A DNA stretch of 64,000 nt from Amphiscolops sp. MND2022 (Eukaryota). The stretch is from NCBI GenBank assembly GCA_964187785.1, contig OZ076409.1:6760001-6824000 (forward strand), in the 5' to 3' direction. How positions within the stretch are numbered: the stretch's first letter is position 1; every line of letters starts with the position of its first letter. Position numbers and translations under genes: made by a program. The notes below the pieces were generated by a model. That model saw only the letters and a list, made by a program, of their open reading frames with translations. It was not told the origin of the DNA and ran no database searches. Shown here in pieces: positions 1 through 12,135 of the stretch.

Positions 1-2678
1 ATCATCGACTTTCTGCAGGCGTTCACTTGTAATCCTAGTTGTGTGCACGATTCCTGTCTCTGGAAGCCCTGCAGTAGAAATAAAATTTTCGAAAAATTCT
101 GAAAATTTTTTAAGTCCTACAACTTTTGCTCGGGAAATGCTAGAACGCTGAAACCTCGTTAAAAAGGCCAAATGGTTTCGCTCGGGAAAAATTTGGGCAG
201 GGGTTCCCCCTATACAGGAGGGGTCTTTTAAGAATTTTTTCGGTAAAACGGTAGTGATAAATCGGGATTTTCCTGAAAAATCGTCAAAAACGACAAAATA
301 AAATAAAGACACGTTCTAACCAGTAGGTTTCTCGTCAAATCATCGACTTTCTGCAGGCGTTCACTTGTAATCCTAGTTGTGTGCACGATTCCTGACTTTG
401 GAAGCCCTGCAGTTGAAATAAATTTTTGAAAAATTCTGAAAATTTTCTAAGTCCCACAGTTTTTGCTCGGGAAAAGCTAGAACGCTGAAACCTCGTTAAA
501 AAGGCCAAATGGTTTTGCTCGGGAAAAATTCGGGCAGGGGTTCCCCCTATACAGGAGGGGTCTTGTAAGAACTTTTTCGGTAAAACGGTAGTGATAAATT
601 GGGATTTTCCTGAAAAATGGTCAAAAACGCCAAATTAAAATAAGGACACGTTCTAACCAGTTGTTTTCTCGTCAAATCATCGACTTTCTGCAGGCGTTCA
701 CTTGTAATCCTAGTTGTGTGCACGATTCCTGACTTTGGAAGCCCTGCAGTTGAAATAAATTTTTGAAAAATTCTGAAAATTTTCTAAGTCCCACAACTTA
801 TGCTCGGGAAAAGCTAGAACGCTGAAACCTCGTTAAAAAGGCCAAATGGTTTTGCTCGGGAAAAATTCGGGCAGGGGTTCCCCCTATACAGGACGGGTCT
901 TGTAAGAACTTTTTCGGTAAAACGGTAGTGATAAATCGGGGTTTTCCTGAATATTCGTCAAAAACGCCAGGTTAAAACAAAGACACGTTCTAACCAGTAG
1001 TTTTCTCGTCAAATCATCGACTTTCTGCAGGCGTTCACTTGTAATCCTAGTTGTGTGCACGATTCCTGTCTCTGGAAGCCCTGCAGTAGAAATAAAATTT
1101 TCGAAAAATTCTGAAAATTTTTTAAGTCCTACAACTTTTGCTCGGGAAATGCTAGAACGCTGAAACCTCGTTAAAAAGGCCAAATGGTTTCGCTCGGGAA
1201 AAATTTGGGCAGGGGTTCCCCCTATACAGGAGGGGTCTTGTAAGAATTTTTTCGGTAAAACGGTAGTGATAAATCGGGATTTTCCTGAAAAATCGTCAAA
1301 AACGACAAAATAAAATAAAGACACGTTCTAACCAGTAGGTTTCTCGTCAAATCATCGACTTTCTGCAGGCGTTCACTTGTAATCCTAGTTGTGTGCACGA
1401 TTCCTGACTTTGGAAGCCCTGCAGTTGAAATAAATTTTTGAAAAATTCTGAAAATTTTTCAAGTCCCACAACTTTTTTCTCGGGAAAAGCTAGAACGCTG
1501 AAACCTCGTTAAAAAGGCCAAATGGTTTTGCTCGGGAAAAATTCGGGCAGGGGTTCCCCCTATACAGGAGGGGTCTTGTAAGAACTTTTTCGGTAAAACG
1601 GTAGTGATAAATTGGGATTTTCCTGAAAAATGGTCAAAAACGCCAAATTAAAATAAGGACACGTTCTAACCAGTTGTTTTCTCGTCAAATCATCGACTTT
1701 CTGCAGGCGTTCACTTGTAATCCTAGTTGTGTGCACGATTCCTGACTTTGGAAGCCCTGCAGTTGAAATAATTTTTTGAAAAATTCTGAAAATTTTCTAA
1801 GTCCCACAACTTATGCTCGGGAAAAGCTAGAACGCTGAAACCTCGTTAAAAAGGCCAAATGGTTTTGCTCGGGAAAAATTCGGGCAGGGGTTCCCCCTAT
1901 ACAGGACGGGTCTTGTAAGAACTTTTTCGGTAAAACGGTAGTGATAAATCGGGGTTTTCCTGAATATTCGTCAAAAACGCCAGGTTAAAACAAAGACACG
2001 TTCTAACCAGTAGTTTTCTCGTCAAATCATCGACTTTCTGCAGGCGTTCACTTGTAATCCTAGTTGTGTGCACGATTCCTGTCTCTGGAAGCCCTGCAGT
2101 AGAAATAAAATTTTCGAAAAATTCTGAAAATTTTTTAAGTCCTACAACTTTTGCTCGGGAAATGCTAGAACGCTGAAACCTCGTTAAAAAGGCCAAATGG
2201 TTTCGCTCGGGAAAAATTTGGGCAGGGGTTCCCCCTATACAGGAGGGGTCTTGTAAGAATTTTTTCGGTAAAACGGTAGTGATAAATCGGGATTTTCCTG
2301 AAAAATCGTCAAAAACGACAAAATAAAATAAAGACACGTTCTAACCAGTAGGTTTCTCGTCAAATCATCGACTTTCTGCAGGCGTTCACTTGTAATCCTA
2401 GTTGTGTGCACGATTCCTGACTTTGGAAGCCCTGCAGTTGAAATAAATTTTTGGAAAATTCTGAAAATTTCTCAAGTCCCACAACTTTTGCTCGGGAAAA
2501 GCTAGAACGCTGAAACCTCGTTAAAAAGGCCAAATGGTTTTGCTCGGGAAAAATTCGGGCAGGGGTTCCCCTTATACAGGAGGGGTCTTGTAAGAACTTT
2601 TTCGGTAAAACGGTAGTGATAAATTGGGATTTTCCTGAAAAATGGTCAAAAACGCCAAATTAAAATAAGGACACGTTC
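1..2678. repeat. Satellite array, ~337-338 bp monomer, ~8 copies, 3-monomer (1012-1013 bp) higher-order period; runs off the left edge
   Basis: Monomer start ATCATCGACT at 1, 339, 676, 1013, 1351, 1689, 2026, 2364. Diagnostic variants recur every third monomer. Identical spurious 146-aa ORFs lie 1013 bp apart. Confidence 0.97.
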
Positions 2679-3041
2679 CAATTTCAACTGGTTATTAGAT
2701 TTTAAACACTCGTTAAAACGGGTTTGTCAAAAATCTCAAGGGGGATCCTTTTGTACCATTGGAAAATTCGCCAAGAAACGTTATATTCGTTATACGTTAA
2801 ATCCGGTATGGATCCTTTTTGTCGAAGGGGACTCATTAGCACTCGAGCGTCAGTTGCCTTGTTCGTTTGCAAACAAAATTCGCGCCTAGTCTACCGAAAT
2901 CCCCTTTTTCTATGCAATCTGTGAGCTAATGAGAAAGAAGTGTTGACATATCGTTTCACCAATTTCAACAAATTCAACTGAAGATTCGTGAGAAAAATAA
3001 ATTAACTCTCTGAACGTTCAGAATTTGTGATTGGAAAACAG

Positions 3042-3563
3042 TTACAGCTGAGAGGTTTTTCTAGGTCGTTTCGGAGCCTTGAATACAACCAGGGCCTGAT
3101 CATCTTCATCTGTCGCTTCTCCTTGTTGCACTTCTTCAGCTGTCTGTGCTTCTTGTTTTTCTTGCTCTGCTTTCTCCTCCACTGATGCAGTTTCTCCAAC
3201 TTGTCCCAGTACCTCTCTTGCTTCATCTTCACCGTGTGATTCCAGCCAGCTACGATACTTCAATACCAACCCCATCAACTCGCAATGATGGATGCTTAGG
3301 TGAAACTTTTTCTCCATCCGATCTTTGTCCTGATTGAATTTGAACGCCTTGAGTGTATAATACACTGCCTTTTTAGAAACCAAATCAACGTTGTAGATGT
3401 TTGTTGAGACACGGAAGACGTCGTGTTCTCCTAAATTCGATAAGAACTCACGAGACAAACTATAAATGTTACCAACTTTCACCTTTTGTAATGAGCGGGA
3501 AAAGAACAAATGGAAGTAACTGTCACGTTTGAAGATTTTCAATGATTTTACCTGAAATTTCAA
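3042..3563 (-). CDS. Hypothetical protein (173 aa ORF, acidic/basic C-terminal tail); start uncertain
   Basis: Protein-like ORF with an E/Q-rich tail ending KAPKRPRK. No ATG start; the frame stays open ~70 nt further upstream to a TAG. No recognisable domain. Confidence 0.35.
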   Translation of the reverse strand: MKFQVKSLKIFKRDSYFHLFFSRSLQKVKVGNIYSLSREFLSNLGEHDVFRVSTNIYNVDLVSKKAVYYTLKAFKFNQDKDRMEKKFHLSIHHCELMGLVLKYRSWLESHGEDEAREVLGQVGETASVEEKAEQEKQEAQTAEEVQQGEATDEDDQALVVFKAPKRPRKTSQL

Positions 3564-3687
3564 CAGTTTGAATTGACGTTTTTGCCTTTTTGTTTCGATT
3601 TTTAGACCTTTTTCTTTGCCCTGATTCTAAATCTTATCCAAGTCCTAAAATTATAGATCTCAACTCGTATTGTGTTCGTTTTTGACT

Positions 3688-4128
3688 CTAGAATATTAGA
3701 TCTTTTTCTTTACTCCCACCCGAAATACAGTAACTTGAAATTCCATGAAGCACCAATTCAAATTTCAGAAACTTACTTTGTTGGTGAAATATGATTGTAG
3801 TGAACCTGCTGTCCGTTTTCAACCCGTTATCTTCGGTGACCGGAGGCTTATAAATAAAGTCTGTCGGCGTTTGGCTGAACGCGAGCTGGGTAAAGATTAT
3901 TTGAACCCAGTCCAAGTCCATCAGTTCAGAGAAAATTGATTTATCAACCATCAACTTGATTTCGTCCTCGTTGTGTTTTTGCATTGTAATTTGCATTTTG
4001 TCAGTGTTTTCCACGACTGTTAGTTCCCTACCATTGTGCCAGTTCACAAACAAGAAATTCGATTGATCCATTTGAACGAATGAGTTGGGGCTGATTGTCA
4101 AAGATTTTTCGGTGTTTAGCTCGAACAA
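3688..4128 (-). CDS. Hypothetical protein (146 aa ORF)
   Basis: Protein-like composition, same strand as the adjacent ORF; no recognisable domain. Confidence 0.3.
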   Translation of the reverse strand: MFELNTEKSLTISPNSFVQMDQSNFLFVNWHNGRELTVVENTDKMQITMQKHNEDEIKLMVDKSIFSELMDLDWVQIIFTQLAFSQTPTDFIYKPPVTEDNGLKTDSRFTTIIFHQQSKFLKFELVLHGISSYCISGGSKEKDLIF

Positions 4129-4544
4129 AATTGGTGTTCTGTTCTGAGTTGTTCTTTGGGAAATTTGCTGATTGCGGGTTTGTATGATTGTTAATCTGTG
4201 AGTTGATGGTTACTTTTGTTCATTCAGTCATTTGATAACGGATGAAATTTATTGAAGTTTAAAATCTGATAGCAGTTGAATTTAATTGAAGTTTAAATTT
4301 TTCAAAGAGGCAGTTCAATCATCTTATGACACTAGCTAACTGAGTCAATGTTTGAAAAGTATTAAAATTCGGTTCATTTTCCGGTGTTGTCTGCGATAAA
4401 AGACCATTTCGATTGATAATCAATAATTACCATAGTTTATGATCATAATTATTGACTATTTGGTCTCGAAATATTTGGCATGAATATGAACTTCAGAAAA
4501 GAGTCAGTTTGACCTTTGAGCTTTAAGACTTTGAAAGTTTTCGA

Positions 4545-4662
4545 GTTGGGAGCCCAAAACGTGCATAAGAAATCTATCTTAGAAAATTTTCGGTTGGGAG
4601 CCCAAAACGTGCATAAGAAATCTATCTTAGAAATTTTCGGTTGGGAGCCAAAAACGTTCATA
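4545..4662. repeat. Short tandem repeat, ~47 bp unit, ~2.5 copies
   Basis: GTTGGGAGCCCAAAACGTGCATAAGAAATCTATCTTAGAAAATTTTCG repeated. Confidence 0.85.
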
Positions 4663-4858
4663 AACCCCCCCTTCCTTTACTACTGATGTTCCTTTTTATT
4701 TTCCTTTAAAGGATCCTTTAAAAAATCCTTGCTTTAAACATCGATCCTTTAAAAGGATTTTCCTTTAAAGGATCCTTTTTCCTTTGAACAAAATAAAAAG
4801 GAAACTTGATAGCAATTATAAATACAAATAGCACGGTGAGAAAATTATTCTATGAACC

Positions 4859-5026
4859 TGTAATAGCTAACGGCTTGATAAAAGAAGTGTGAATGCAAAT
4901 CAACTGTATTTCAGCAATCTCAGACCGTAATGGTAGTCTTTTCTATTTTGTCAGAACATTGTGTTTCTGTCTGGCAGGTACTTTGTCAACTTTGACTAAC
5001 TGCTCTTTTATCGCAACACTACTACA
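4859..5026 (-). repeat. 3' LTR (168 bp)
   Basis: Direct repeat of 9702-9869 with TG...CA ends; PPT adjacent at 5027-5036. Confidence 0.95.
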
Positions 5027-5169
5027 TTCCCCCGCCTGCAATTGACGGTTGGGAATGTTAAGGGATACAGTGATTTATAAATGTAACAAGAACACAATTG
5101 TACAGGTTAGATAAGGTAAGGATAACTGAAAAATACTACAACGTCAAGTTTAAAATGTTTCTCATGTTT

Positions 5170-8100
5170 TTAGTTTTTCGCCGCTTTTTTCTTCTCTTTC
5201 ACTTCACAGATGTACACTGGAAATCCATATCGATCGGGTGCCCGTCTAGTTCTTCTGATCTTTTCTGGCATATCGTCTGGGTCGTCTTGTTCTATTCTCT
5301 CTTCTTGTTCCAATTCAGCAAACACCTGTGTGTTTTCTTGTTTCTGCTTGTCGATATCTCCCAGGGCATATTGTCTCGCTCTTTTTGGGGCTCTTTGTTT
5401 TCTCGCTGACTTTGGCACTCGTGCCACCTCTCTTTTGGATAAGACTGTCTCGTCTGTTTTTCCTTCTGGGATGAATTTCACCGTGTGCCTTGTTTCTGCG
5501 GTGACCTTTCCCCTTCTCTTTTTGAAAAGTCCCGTCAACTTCCCTTTTCTCTGCCGTTCTCTGACGAATATCGTGCTATCGTCATCTCTTGGGAAGTCTT
5601 GGAGTCTGTCCAGGTCCACATTTTTGTCGTAATCTAAATCATTCAATTCTTTATAAAGTTTTACGATTAAAGATGTTATCGTGTTTGGTTTTCGGCCCGT
5701 ATGCCTCTCGAACGGTGACTTTCCATCTTTTCCTTTGATAGTTCTTAGTGCGCTTACCAGTTGGTAGAACAATTTGTTCTGCCTTTCCGCTAAAACTTCA
5801 GGGTTAGTTCTTAGTCTTTCGTTCACTGTTCTTATGAGTCTCTCGACCTTTCCGTTTCCTCTGTGGTCATATGTTGGGCAAACTATGTGGCGGATCCCGA
5901 ATTCTTCTCTAAAGTTTTTAAATTCGCTTCCCATGAAGACCGCGGCTTGGTCTGTTCGCACAATTTGTGGAATTCCGTTGTCACTTATATATTTTCGCAA
6001 GAATTTTTCGATTCCTTTCATGTCAGTACTTTTTACAAATTTTAGAGTAGGGTATGCTGAAAAATGATCTATTGCGACTAATATATATTTTCTATTTTCG
6101 GGAGCTCCTGAAAAGGGACCCATAAAATCTAGCGCGATTTCTTCATTAACCTGTTTTGGTTTTCTAATATTTCCGAATTCCCGTTGACTTTTTAGGGGTT
6201 TTACATTCTTACCTGCTTTTTGGCAGTTTGCGCATGTCCTTGCTACCGCAACAATTTGTCGATTAATTTGCGGCCACCATACCTCATCTACCGACCCCAG
6301 CATCGCATCTCTGCCATTATGACCGCTGTGGATGCTGTTTAATACTGCTTGTCTTAAGTCGGAAGGGATAACTAATCGGTTTTCGAAATGAACAAGCTCT
6401 CTGTCCACTCTCAAGTCCTTAAATACATGGCGATACAATTTGTTTTCTTTACTGAGGAGGTTTATATCACGCCTTAATACAGCGTCACGAACGTTTTGTA
6501 ATTTCAAGTCAGCTTGATAATTTGACATTAATAGGCCATCAGTAATTTCTTTGAAGGTTTTCACCTTTACAAATTTAACTTCAGGTTCGGGGTTAACTTG
6601 CGATGCAGATGAACTTTCCTCTATTGAGGATACAATTGATTGAAGTGGGGAAGTTTTTAATTTCTCTTCTCTCACTTGTACAATTTGTTCGCTTTTGGGA
6701 GTTTTTAACGCTTTAATTAAATTGCGTGTATTATTTCTTTCACGGCTAATTTGCAGTCGACTCCTTTCCAATTGTTTATTCTCGCACTCAAGACGGTCAG
6801 CGCTTTCTACTTTCTCTTCAGCGTTGTTTCTTTGCTGAACGCTGATTGGCTGATTGCACAATTTGTTTAGCCTCTGATTCGTAGATAGCTGCCTGCTGCC
6901 ATTCTTATCTAATTCTTGTACTGAATTAACTACGAACCAACTTTCCCATAGTTTTTTAGCGCTTTTTGACCATTCGTTTTCATTATAATCGCTTGGATGC
7001 CTTGACAAATAGTCGGCTAATCCCATGGTTCGTCCTGGTTGATGTACTACTTCCATATCAAAGGGCAAAAGCCTGTCTATCCACCTCGTAAGCCTACTTG
7101 AATAAGTTTTATTACCGTGATTGCTTTTTAGTGCGGTTTCTAAGGCTTTGTGGTCCGAAATTACTTCGAATTGGACTCCGTACACGTAGTTCCGGAAATG
7201 TTCTACAGCCCAGACTATGGCAAGTAATTCTAATTCATTCGTAGAATATCTTGTTTCGTAATCTGACAAATATCGTGATGCGCATGATAATTCCCACTCA
7301 TTTTTATCGTTTTTCTGCATTAATATTGCCCCCAGGCCTTCGTGACTCGCGTCGCAAATTATGCGCAATTTGTTTGATCTATTGAAGTGCGATAGTTTAA
7401 TAATTTGTTATACACTTTTTTGTACTCGATTGAAAGCTAAATCGTGTTTTTCTTTCCACTGCCAAGTTTCCTCCCTTTTTAGTAAGTCTCTAAACGGTTC
7501 GGTAATTTGGGCCAATCCGGGAATGAATTTTGTTAATTGGTTTACGGCTCCCAAATAGGATCTTAGTTCTTTTAAGTTTTTGGGTTTAAGTTTCTCCGTT
7601 ATCCCTTGCACTTTTTCATTCAATGGTTTTATTCCCTTTTCTGAAATGTTGAATCCGAGCCAATCTATTTCATTTTTCGCAATTTTACATTTTTCTTCCT
7701 TGAGTTGTAGTTTTCTACTATCTAATTTTCTAAAAACCTCCCTAACCTTTTCTTCGTGTTCTTCCTTTGTTACTATTAAAATATCATCTATAAAAACAAA
7801 CACATTAGAGATATTTATTAAAATGTCCTCCATTATTCGCTGAAATTCTGTGGGCATTACTGTGAGCCCGTAAAATCCTGTTTTAAAACGGTATATGCCG
7901 CTAGCTTTTCCCCCGATAATTGCAAAGTTACAGTGTTTCGCCAATTCGGGGTTTAGTTTTACTTGTCCGAATGCGTATTTAAGGTCGACTGATGTAAACC
8001 ATACTTTTTCTCCGTCTTCCGACATGATCGTTTCTGCCAAGGTATTCAATAAGTCGTCCAAATTCGGCATCTGGTATTTATCTTTCTTTATATTTTCGTT

Positions 8101-9702
8101 CATCGCTCTGGCATCTAACGCTATTTTAACTGTTTTGTCTCGTTTTACTGTAATGACCGTGGGTTGTATGAAAACGTCATCTTTTATTTCACTGACTTTT
8201 TCAATATGTCCATTTTTCATCAGTTTTTGCAGTTCCTTTTCAACCGAATTTTGGAGTTGTAGAGGTATGCGGCGTCCCTTTTGTTGTTTTGGTACAAAAT
8301 TTTCTTTAAATTGTGCATTTATTTCGTGTCCTTCGACTCGTCCGTGCCTATTGAACAATTCTCCAAATTCGGTAAACAATTTGTTTGGTGGTTCATCTAC
8401 GCAATTAATTTCACACTTACCACCTCCTGTCTTTAGCTTGACGCCCAAACCCCTCAACCAGTCTCGGCCTATCACTGTTCTCGCGCCGTTTTCTGCTATT
8501 AGGGCCCTGACCTTGTCCAGCTTTTTACATCCTGCTTCGACTTGTCCAATAATAGCCCCGATGAACTCAATTTTGTTTCGGCTGTAGTCAACGTATTTTT
8601 CGTCTTCTCCCAGGGTTTGCAATTTGTAGTTTTTTCCAAACATTTTGTCCGCGTGTGCTTTTGTGAAAATTGTGATCGGGAACCCGGTGTCAATGAGTGC
8701 GTGGAAGGGTTTTCTGTTAAACTTTCCTTTCAATACAAAGGGTTTGTTTGTGTGTCCCTTTTCCTCGTCGATGTGAAGTATTTCCACTTCTTCTCCTGAC
8801 TCGTCCTCCGAGCTGCTCCATGATGATTTTGACTGTACTACATTCACCCTTTTTTGTTGGGGGGCCTTGTTTTGTTTCACGTCTGTTTGTTTCATTCGGC
8901 ACATTCGCGCATTGTGACCCATTCTCCCGCAGTTTCTGCACTGTACGTTTTTCGCCTTGCAAATCTTCTGATGTCCGGCGACGAATGGTCTTTCTCCGCA
9001 TTTGTAACATTCGTTGTGTTTTTCTATCGCGAACACCGGTTCCTCTTTAATGTTTGTTGATTTCACACAAATTGTTTTCTTTTGGTAGGCACCTTGTTCG
9101 AATGCTACCGCAAATTTTAATGCGTCCTCTGGGTTGTCCTTTGGTTCAGTGAAAAGTCTCTCTTGCACTGTTGTATTCTTCATATTCGATACGAATATAT
9201 CGTAAACTAGTCCAGTGGTCTGTGAACCAAAGTCACAATTTGCAGCTAGTCCGTTTAAGGCGTGCCAAAACTGTTCTAAACTCTCGTTGTCCTTTTGTTT
9301 TCTATTTAAAAATTTGTGGCGGTCCATCAACCGATTTCGCTTTTTCTGAAATGCCTCGTTGCATTCTTTCAGGAGATCTTTCAGTGTAGTTGTTTTTATG
9401 TCCATATTGGGTTTCCGATCCAATAATGCCTTTCTGGCAGCTTCTCCGAGCGCTATATACAGGAAACTCACTGCTTTTTTCTCTGCAATGGACTCTTCTG
9501 CACCTCCCATCAGTTCTTTTTTTCTAGGGTTTGTGCTTGCATCCTCTCTTGTGAGTTCTTCTAACGATATGGAGGATTTCGCCATGAGGGTTGCTTCAAA
9601 CAGTTCTAGCCATCGACTCCATTCGTGTTGTTTTTCTGTGGCTGGATCTTGCCAGAATACGGGTATGCCCGATATCGGCTGGTTTTCCGCTCGCAACGCC
9701 AT
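5170..9702 (-). pseudogene. gag-pol polyprotein (two Zn knuckles, aspartic protease, RT, RNase H, integrase) split by one in-frame TAA at 7408-7410
   Basis: Motifs CYKC..H..C and CRNCGRMGHNARMC (gag), LIDTG (protease), FIDD (RT), CDAS/ELELLAIVWAVEHF/ADYLSR (RNase H), and HHCC plus DFMGP..TDQ..VER (integrase). ORFs 7408-9741 and 5170-7368 are in the same frame. Confidence 0.93.
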
Positions 9703-9869
9703 GTAATAGCTAACGGCTTGATGAAAGAAGTGTGAATGCAAATCAACTGTATTTCAGCAATCTCAGACCGTAATGGTAGTCTTTTCTATTTTGTCAGAAC
9801 ACTGTGTTTCTGTCTGGCAGGTACTTTGTCAACTTTGACTAACTGCTCTTTTATCGCAACACTACTACA
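9702..9869 (-). repeat. 5' LTR (168 bp)
   Basis: Direct repeat of 4859-5026; PBS immediately adjacent. Confidence 0.95.
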
Positions 9870-9874
9870 GAACC

Positions 9875-10265
9875 TAATCTGGATTTTTCGGTGCAGCTGC
9901 TTACCATAATGGGTCGAACTAATCGATTTGGTTTTTTGCTGATGTTTTTTGGTGCGACACGTATTAATCCAAGATATCTAATATGGCGTAGAATGACTAG
10001 AAAATTTCGTTCAAATCGTATGGAAAGTTTTTGAGAAAATCGAAAAATGGCCATTTTTGGGATAATTTTGGCTATGTTTCTCACATCCCAATCATACGAT
10101 TTTGATGCCTTTGGGCACGCAGGAGCACCTTTGGGTGTAGGATGACTGCTAAATATTATAAAAAATCGTATGAACAGTTTTTGAGAAATTTGAATTTTCA
10201 TTGAAAGGTCGGGAGAAAAAAACACTATTGCATAAGCAGTCGAAAATTTTTTTCCGACTCCTAAT
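9875..10265 (-). mobile_element. HINE-like family C copy (GGAGTCGGAAA subterminal repeat), partial
   Basis: Reverse complement of the repeat at 32004-32296 and 43556-43846; TTTCCGACTCCTAA at ~10251. Confidence 0.6.
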
Positions 10266-11880
10266 AATTCCGACAAAATCAGACACGCGTTTTCAGCATA
10301 GTGAATTCAATGCGATTCCACATTTCAGCCAGTCAGATTACCACATAAATATTCTGTTTGAAAATTAGATGTGTATTACATTGTCTGTATGACGTTCCCC
10401 TTAAAGTATTTGTTGAAATGTGTTTTTTCGAATCCTTTAAAGGATCCTTTAATATAAAAAATCTTTGGAAAAATTAGAAAGGGACATCACTGCTTCCTCC
10501 CTAAATGATCGTCATTCCGTTTAATAAATTCTCTTGATGAAGCCTGGGACATTTAAATTGAACTCTGAAAAAGCGGAGCTCCGAGACAAGTTCTAATTAA
10601 CCAGAGTTTTTTGCTTCGTATGATCGAATAATTCCACGCTTTCGAATCTAATTCTTCCTTTTTTAGCGTTACTTTCTTCACTAAATGATCACTCAGTGCT
10701 AAATTAGCATTTTCAGGGTCAAAAGTCGCAGTTTTGAATTGTTCTGGACGCATTTATTTATTTCCAAAACAGTGATACCTATGGTGCTTATTTGGACCTT
10801 ATTTGACGTAATTAGATAAATTGAAGTTTTCTATATGCTTTCAAGTTACCTTTCGCTCTAAAAACGTTTACGTTTTTAGACTCGATTTTACGACATGGAG
10901 TTTTTGTGGGTTGCGTTTGGGCCTCTCGTATCATCCGAAGGGTCTTAGATTTCTCAGTTGTCTTAGAGGTTAATATCATTGTCATGCTTCGGGTAGGTTT
11001 TTCTTTTCTTCATTCACATCGCGAAATATGCTTCCACGTTTATTGCAAGATTTTAGACTTTGACAGTTTTGAGAAAATTTATGCAGTTTAGAATTTATTT
11101 CATTAGATTTCAGAATTTCCTTACGTTTCAATATCCAAGCCAGCTACGATTACGAAGAAGGTTTTTAACGGGAGAAAGTAGAGTACCCACAATTGAAAAT
11201 ACTGTTTCTGTTCTTACTTAATTCCTGATTTTTTTGTAAAACTTATATACCAAGGTAAAAAGTCCTTAATGATAAGGAAATGGTAAAAATGGGGTTTTTG
11301 ACTTGAACTTCATAGCTCTGTTGATGACCCAGTGTGAACAACATTTCGTAAAACGTTTTTTCCATTTTAGTAATAAGAGGAAACAAACTCATTTCCGATG
11401 TGAATTCCTTCAGATCTTATTCTTCTTTGTTAAATGGATTAAATTTGATTCCATTAGATGTCCTTCCGTCCTCCCAATGAAAGATTCAAAATGTAAAAAA
11501 AGACTCCCCATTTCAATTGTGTTATTCCATTTGTGCTCATTTGTCTCACGAATTTAAGGGACTGGAAAGACAAATTGAATGTTTAAGATAATGACTGCAA
11601 TCGCTTTCATTAACAGATTCTCCTCATATTAATTTAATCCTGTACATGGAACTGTACCACGGCAGCATCACAGCTCTTCGGCACTTCAAAATTCCTCTCC
11701 AATGAGCATTCAAAGTAAATAATCGCTCGCTTCATAATTTTTGAACCGAATACTTTTTGAGTTTGAAGTCTCGATGATTCTGTACATTTTCAGATATATG
11801 CACGTGTACTAACAGCTGAACGAACGGTTTTTCATACTTGCTATACAACTCACTCAAATCGACCACCTTTTATTCTTCCA

Positions 11881-12135
11881 ATGGGTCCTAAATGGGGTGG
11901 CGGAGACAAATGTGCGTCTTGTAGCAAGACTGTGTACGCCATGGAGAAAGTGGAGGCCCTCGGTGGAATATATCATAAAACTTGCCTGAAGTGTGGAACT
12001 TGCGAGAAAGTCATACAATTGAGCACTTCATCGGACCATGATGGTGTCTTGTATTGCAACCCTTGTCATCGCAAAAACTTCGGACCAAAGGGCGTTGGAT
12101 TCGGAGTTGGCGCGGGCGCCTTGAATTCAACATGA
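11881..12135 (+). CDS. Single-LIM cysteine/glycine-rich protein (CSRP/muscle LIM protein-like), copy 1, 84 aa
   Basis: Complete LIM domain (C-x2-C..H-x2-C-x2-C-x2-C..C-x2-C) with WGGG N-terminus and Gly-rich FGPKGVGFGVGAG tail; intronless CDS. Confidence 0.93.
   Translation: MGPKWGGGDKCASCSKTVYAMEKVEALGGIYHKTCLKCGTCEKVIQLSTSSDHDGVLYCNPCHRKNFGPKGVGFGVGAGALNST

Larger units (their letters stand above)
4859..9869 (-). mobile_element. Full-length Ty3/Gypsy LTR retrotransposon, Mag-like
   Basis: 168-bp TG...CA LTRs at 4859-5026 and 9702-9869 (2 mismatches). 5-bp TSD GAACC at 4854-4858 and 9870-9874. PBS TGGCGTTGCGAGC next to the 5' LTR; PPT GGCGGGGGAA next to the 3' LTR. Domain order gag-PR-RT-RH-INT. 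Confidence 0.97.

Noticed and set aside
884..2337. Two identical 146-aa ORFs
   Set aside because: By-products of the satellite higher-order repeat; no protein-like features.
1..2678. CRISPR-like array
   Set aside because: Whole monomers repeat with no unique spacers, and the context is eukaryotic.
5098..9706. Plus-strand ORFs overlapping the Gypsy element
   Set aside because: Antisense shadows of gag-pol.
4681..10492. hAT-like element (ACTGATGTTCC / GGGACATCACTG ends, AAAGGATCCTTT repeats) hosting the Gypsy insertion
   Set aside because: Plausible nesting, but the TIR is imperfect and no convincing TSD is present.
10553..11570. Minus-strand coding-like fragments with a paralogous piece at ~17840-17945
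   Set aside because: Multiple stops and frameshifts and no recognisable family; at most a decayed relic.
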